64,000 nucleotides of DNA from Pocillopora damicornis (Eukaryota): positions 1,178,001 to 1,242,000 of the forward strand of contig NW_020843829.1 of NCBI RefSeq assembly GCF_003704095.1, written 5' to 3'. Positions within the stretch are counted from its first letter, which is position 1; each line of letters opens with the position of its first letter. Both the position numbers and the translations under genes were made by a program. The notes under the pieces are model-generated. The model had not been told where the DNA came from, made no database searches, and was given only the letters and a program-made list of their open reading frames with translations. Below are positions 57,211 through 64,000 of the stretch, one piece after another.

Positions 57211-60200
57211 GGATATTAATTCTGCCGCCCGTTTAATAGACTCTCTTCCGGTTTGGGATAAGCTCAATATTCGAATATTGACAGCAAACGCAAATTTTGT
57301 TTTCTATTTTTTAACATTTTTTCGATCAGCGCTCAAGAAAAATAGATCGAACAAAAACCTTTCTTCATTGAACAAGCCGGCAATAAAATCTGACGTATTT
57401 CTCTTTCACCTTAGCTAAAGAACAATCGATGATGCTGACCATAATTGCGCAAGACTAGAGTAATATCGAAGCTTAATTCAGTGATCTAGAGCGTCACCTT
57501 TGGCACACTTTACTGGTCAATTACATTGAATGGGAATTAACTTCCCCTTTTCTTTCTAAGGACTCGAATTTGTTTGTTCAACACTCGTAAGAATTAGAAT
57601 CTAACAGCTTTCCGCCCCGTCTTTTCATTTGTCAGCAGTAACAACTGATTATAGACACAGGAAGTCAACTCGACAGTGTATACTTAGTAATCAACTGTAG
57701 CTATTATGCCAACGAAAAGAAGATATATTTTATCCAGTCGATAATTAGGTCTTCAGAAAAATCTTTGGTCATCAATTCCATGCAAACAAGTTCTTTCATT
57801 TTTTTCTAATTGATCAACGAAGATAAAATATATTATTATGAACTTCAATTGTAAAACTAGACTGTTCTCTGGTATGTGATGCAAGTTAAAATTTTCGCAT
57901 GAAGCTAACCCTAAACGAATATTATTCCAAAACCGATAGCTGAAAGCCACATCTTGACTAGTGTGTCGATTAACTTTTAACATAATGAAGGAAAGAATAT
58001 TTTAATAAGTTCACGTCGTGAACCTTCTATTAGAATTCAGAGACGTGGTCTAGATATTAAAAAACAACGTATGATTATGCAATTTGTTCATATCATAGAA
58101 CAGTTTTGAGCGGAAGCTTTCAATGGCAGGAAGCGTTACTAGCAAAACAGGATGAGTCATAACGACATAATTTAAATGCAGACATGACATGGGTATGAAC
58201 AAAACAAACGAATAGCTTACCTTAATCTGCTTGGTAATCTGTGGAGCAATTTTCAACCGAGTGACCAAAGTGATCGGGGGCGTAAATGATGTTTGCTTCT
58301 CTAGCTCTGTGATTGGTTGGAAACAACTCGCACTGGATAAATCAGATCCAAAGTATAAAGTAGTCGGGACTTGATTGCTTACTGATGTTTTTCTCTTTTG
58401 AAGCCAAATGGATGTCCATTCCTAAAGTTCTTCTTGTCACGGCTCTTTATAATAATCATCTTAATTGTGTTTGGTTATTTTGATTACATGTTGGGTTTTG
58501 AGTGGTTGTGCTCTGAAAATTACTATAAGTTTAAAGAAATTGAGAACTACAATGAAACTGCTCACTGAGACCTCTATTTAGGGGAAAGAAAATTTTTTCC
58601 TATAATCTACGGTGTTGCACAAAGATTTTTAGCCCTAAGAAAAGCCGTAACAATACACGTGAAAAAATACGATATTTTTTCCCGTGTGTTTGATATCGCC
58701 AATCAGCTGCAGACACGTCACTCGCCTTTCGCACCACTTGGTCAGGTTGATGAATAAACGGCAAAGCCTTCTCCTTCTCACTGCAAGGTCGTTTGTCAGA
58801 ATTTTTTCGGACTATGGCTGTTAAAACACTAAAAAATCTGTATCACTTACAGACAGACGCTAAAACTTTCCTAGAAAGAGGAAGAAAACTAATATACGAA
58901 AAGAAAAACCGAAAGTTACGTATTTAGTGGCTTTGGTAATGGCATTTCTCGCGGCTGAGATCGAAAATCGACAACCGGAAGATTTGCCACAGGCCTATTT
59001 TGGCCGTGTACCTGAAAGATTTCTTCTATCGGTAAGGACAAAGTCCATAAACGAGAATTTTGTAAATTGAAAGTTACGCCCATTGTTGTTTTTGTAATCA
59101 TGATGCAGCGCATTTTTATTCGAGGATTATCGATTCTTTTATTTTCATTTCATTGGGCTTTTCTTGTCAGCAAAGGGCTATTGTGTTTATATGAGAAACA
59201 CAACATTATTTATCATATAAAGTGCGCTCACTCGTGAGCTGTGTTTACTCGTGAGCGAGCGAGTTGAACGCTCGAAGAGAAATTCCATATCTGGGTGCGT
59301 TCGTGTATTATTCTTTTTATAATTCAATCTTAGCGTCCATTACCTATTTAAACGAGATATCAAACTTCGAAGGGTTTATCCAAAATGTAGGTTCCGTTGA
59401 AACTTTACAGAAACCGGAACTGTTGTTAATTGATTTAAGTTATTTATACTCCCAATATTCCGCTCTGAAAAGATATCAATTTACTGTAGCGTTTACAGCA
59501 AAAGGTAAAATTGAACTCTGATTTTACTCATGCACCTTTACTTTAATCCTTAATTAATCCTAAAATAACCATCATAGCTTGCGCATCTATTTTCGTCCCA
59601 GCGCAAAAACGGTTTTAAATGAAAATAGGAAGACGATCAATTTTTTGCCCTTGGCCGTTAATGTCATGCTTAACCACTCTGTTCCTCCGCAGTTTTAGCC
59701 TTAGGGCGTGAGACTCATAAGCTCTCACACAGACTTCCCCAAATATTAAACCAATGAGGTGGGTGTCCACCTACCCCAGGAATAACTTGCATCTCATATC
59801 AAACACGAAAATGTTCAATCTGAACAATGAAATAAAGTTCAATTCTAAGGCTTTGTCTATGGTCGCTTCAGGCGCAAATTAAAAAAAAGTATCCATTTGT
59901 TTTTGAACTTGTAGAGAACGTTGACCCACGTACATATCATCTGAAGCCCCCTTAAAAACCGCCATCTTCTTAGTCTAACCACAAATACATTCATTATTTT
60001 CAAATCACTGACGAATGTTCGTTGCATCACTTCGGGTTTCTTTTTTCGCTTACTTAATCAGAGAGATAATTTAAGGGTTTTAAATGGAATTTCAGGCTGA
60101 GAATGAAGTGGGAGGGAAATACACCAAGATAACAACTGTACTTCTTCGGAGGCGCTAACCAGCTATCATAATCAATAAGTAAAGTCAAGGTGAATCGCCC

Positions 60201-63200
60201 TTTCCTTGCTTAGTTATCGGAAGTCAAATTTATCAGATCCAATGAGAGAAACAGATTTTTATAAATGCCAATTGATAAAACAAAACTTCGTTTAAGTAGC
60301 TACTCTGAAGATTCTTTACTCTTTACATCATAAGAAAATAGATCTTTCACCTGGCTGGGTTCGATATGTTGAGCAAAATCAAGTTTTATTTCTCAAAAAC
60401 AAGTTTGAGAGTTGTCTTTCTCTCCCATGCAAACTTGTGGTATTTTGCCATATAATTAAACAAAGCAATGAAACCAGTTTTTTACTTTAAGTTTTATGAA
60501 TGAAAATATGACCAGAAAGAAAAAATTAAAAAAAAGAATTTGTTAGAATTTTAAATTGATTAAAGTTTGAGAATTTCCAAGCTCAGTTTTACCGATAGCT
60601 ATATGCTTCGTTGTTAAAAAACAATAGAAGCTTTGTCACACAAAAAAGGACCTTCCATCTGATTTGAACCATCATGTTTTGTTTCTTTTTGTAAAAAAAA
60701 TCCCCAATATGAAGTAAATTATGATTAAAATCATCATTATCCTTTTTATAATTATTATTCGGATACTATTTGGATGATGCAGGTTGTTTACAATGATGTT
60801 TTATTTTCCATGATAAAACTGAGGCATCACGGTCCCACTCTCCCAACTCATCCCTTCAAAATACTACTTTTTGGGCTATTGAAAGCTCATTTTGAAAATT
60901 TGGGAAATGAAATGTAGAAATCAAGATCTTAGAAAAACTACTGCTAATTTTCGGTAGCTATGATCTTTTTCAAGTTAATTAAACCATAACAAGAAGGGCC
61001 ATAAGCTATCAGGGTCAGATTCGTTGAGGTAATTTGGATCCAATTCTTGCACGGTTTTTCGCGCTTTCCTGATTAATGCTGGTTAAGATATAAATTAATA
61101 AGAATATTGGAAAGATTGGTAGCAAAGTCGGATATCCGTTTAAATGGGACTATTTATCAGGCGGTTAAATACATCTTTGACTATGGTATTCTCGGGCTCA
61201 AGCCTAAAAGGCTTGTCACCTTTGCTCCTAATACAGCGATATTTATGAGGACACTAGTTTTTGCATTTTAGATTCCAGAATAGCAGAGCACCAAGTGACA
61301 CAAGATGAAAATGGGTTTCTAGATACCTGATAATGTTTCTGCATAACTTTTCTTAGAAGAGCGGAATGTTTTGCGCAATCGTCTTCAAAAAACAAACACC
61401 TGCTTTCAATCTCTTACGCTTTTCTTTTGAATTAATTGACATAATCCGTCGATCGTTTTCATCCTTGTTTTCTTTTTATTTTCCACTCAACAACACTCAA
61501 CCTCTTGAACCATGAACTACTCTTCCATCGACCTTTTCTGAACTACAATTTTGGACTTTCCGCTTTTTAAAGCAGGAAATTCCATCGAGTTGAGCTAAAC
61601 TGATTTTCTCCGCCTGTACTAATGTAAAGCAAAGCAAACGCTGTCTTGTTATGACTATGTAGAAGTACTTTTTAAAAATTGTCTCATAATTTTTTGCCTA
61701 TTAGTTCGCGTCTGAAGCCTTACTCATTGAAATGTCTTCACAATATCATACTCTAGAGTGGGTTGTTTGTAATCTTACCCTACTTGAAAAACTGGAAACT
61801 GGCTATGGGCAATAAATATTAATTAAAATTTTAGTATCTAGTTTGAAAAGGTTTACGTTACCTTTTTTCCAAATAAGAGGAAAAAACCAGAATTATTTGC
61901 GACCGGCTACTCCCAAAACATCATAATCTCCATTCTCAGTTTGTACCTCCGGCGATTCGCGTCGCATCTTATATGTGTTTCAAAATCAACCACCCTCACC
62001 TAAAAAAATATTTCAAACCAAGATTTCGCCTCATCCTATCAGAAAAGGTCAATTTTAATCAAATTTAAGCCTTATGACCAAGAAAATGAAATATTGTAAC
62101 CACTGTGTTTACCATCCCTTTAACATCGATTCGATCTAAACAAGACAACTGAAATATTGAGACGAATATCCAACAATCTGACTACAAAGTAATTTTGTTT
62201 TTCTGTTCCATATCAACAAAAAATGTAGTCTTTCTAGGAATAGCTTTCCAATTTTTCCTCACAATAGAGCGTATTACTTAGTTAACTCAGCATTTTTGTG
62301 TCGTAGTAACTCTCATTACGTTCGTTTCATTTTCAAATCTAATGTAAGCCACATAACAATGTGCAGAAGATGTGTTCAAAATGGTTATTTTTCTGACGAA
62401 TCAGAGTAATAATTCATGTAATATTGACTCAAGGCACTGAAAATTGAGGATAACTGAGCGAGGAGTGTTGCGAGATATGTTGTGGACCGGAGGCGTATAT
62501 TTTAAAATTGTAAAAAGATGAAAAAGATAGCCAAAATGGTATCAGATTATTATATTGGGAGAGTATTACGACGCGACACTAGTTAGTGGAAATACAAACA
62601 AACAGAACACCGCGTCAAACGATAACTTCTTCGTATTGCTGCGTTAATCGGAGACACTAAAGAAAACAATAACCTCGAAGGTCTCTTATTCGATTTTCTG
62701 TGAGTCGGAGATTCTTTATGATTCCACCGCATTTTATTGCGGTTTTATTAACTCGGGAACATTTTCAGCAGGTTTGGCCAGCTTTCTATTTAGATTAACA
62801 CGATAAAGGAGCACTGATCCATACCTTGATGTCATGGTTGACTCGTAATGGCGTACGACGGAATCAAACTGACGGGTATGATCACAGACGGCCAAGATTA
62901 AAAGGGAAGACCCTTTTTTCAAATGTACCCCCGAAGCTAGAGGTGAAACCAACAAAATTCCCCTGCATGGATCAAAATTAACCCCCTCCCTCGCCAGATG
63001 TTTGCGCATTGCTTTAATTACTCAATCAGAGAACGCATTCAAAAGTGAATTTTAAATCACACCAAAACTCCATTTTCCGGCTGAATAATTCAACCGAAAC
63101 AGATATTTAGCCATTTCAAGGCCTGCCAAAATTGTTCCACGCGAGAGGGGTTCTTGCAATATCCAAAACATTCAAGGATATCAGGGGTCAAAAGATAATG

Positions 63201-64000
63201 CAGAAAACGATTTTGATCTACAATGAAACATTGTATTCATATTACATGTTCTCAGAGCTAACATACAACAAATAGTACCAAAAAGAGCCTTTACTGCACA
63301 ACACTGCATATTGAGTACCAGATCTTGAATTATCTATCTTCAACAGAGGACAACGAAAAAATGCAGAAAAAACCGAACTAAAAGGCAAGATTTCTAAACA
63401 CTCTCTGAGAGTGATGGGTCATAGACATTACAATAGCAAGAAACTCACAAAATCATTGAGTGCAGTTGCTGATTTCCGTGAGATATCAACATAATTAATT
63501 CTTTTTCTAGATTCCGAGTGTGCTAAATACATTCAGTCACGCGAATTTAGTAAAACTCTATAACTTAATGTTTCCTCCAGGTTTTCATAGGTAAATATTG
63601 CTTTTGTCATCTTAACTTTATTGAGACAGGAATCACGAAAAAGGAAAGGAAAAATGAAACGCTAATGTCAAGTCAATCAACCACTGTTTACTCTCTAGAG
63701 TTTCATTGAAATATCAAGTTCTAATAGTAGTGAATGTCCTAAATTTGATACACACTCTCGCAGTGTAAGTAAATACCGAGAACGGCGGTCCCTCGAAAGA
63801 AAGTTAATTTGATACAGAATGAGTCGCTTGGACCCTAAGTACAGATTAGTCATACCTCGAGGTACAAACTGACACAGGTAACAGTTATCGTGCAAGATTT
63901 ATCGCAACACACTTATTTCAAGTATTATTATCTCTTGATCGATAGTTATTGTGGTCTGAATAAGGTTGTCTTGTTAAAAAAAAGAACAGATTATGCAGAT

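Noticed and set aside
58000-64000. Short ORFs in the distal upstream region
   Set aside because: No phase-consistent exon chain or recognisable motif; treated as intergenic.

Overview
AT-rich, intron-rich animal genomic DNA. The interspersed MITE/SINE families look like those of a scleractinian coral, probably pocilloporid; this is recognised from memory, not searched. Hand-splicing at GT-AG sites gives three genes. (1) The 5' part of a flavin-containing monooxygenase (FMO, - strand, ATG 1556, running off the left edge). (2) Head-to-head with it (ATGs 281 bp apart), an unnamed + strand gene of at least 30 exons (1837-17168, about 1100 aa, interrupted by an N-gap). Its protein is an internal tandem duplication of a roughly 450-aa unit with a RIIa/Dpy-30-like docking helix pair and a possible nucleotidyltransferase-like motif. 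(3) A complete 33-coding-exon PDZ-bearing, nNOS-like nitric oxide synthase (- strand, 49773-28888, 1456 aa) with a Ser/Thr/Pro-rich insert in the reductase domain and an extended C-tail in which the Akt-type RxRxxS site appears relocated. NOS intron 20 holds a 1-kb same-strand orphan ORF rich in TQT/VQT (LC8/PIN-type) motifs and a minimal hammerhead ribozyme. The remainder is non-coding: MITEs, SINE fragments, minisatellites, a decayed coding-like block at about 22-26 kb, and about 14 kb of NOS upstream region with a candidate TATA promoter and 5'UTR exon.
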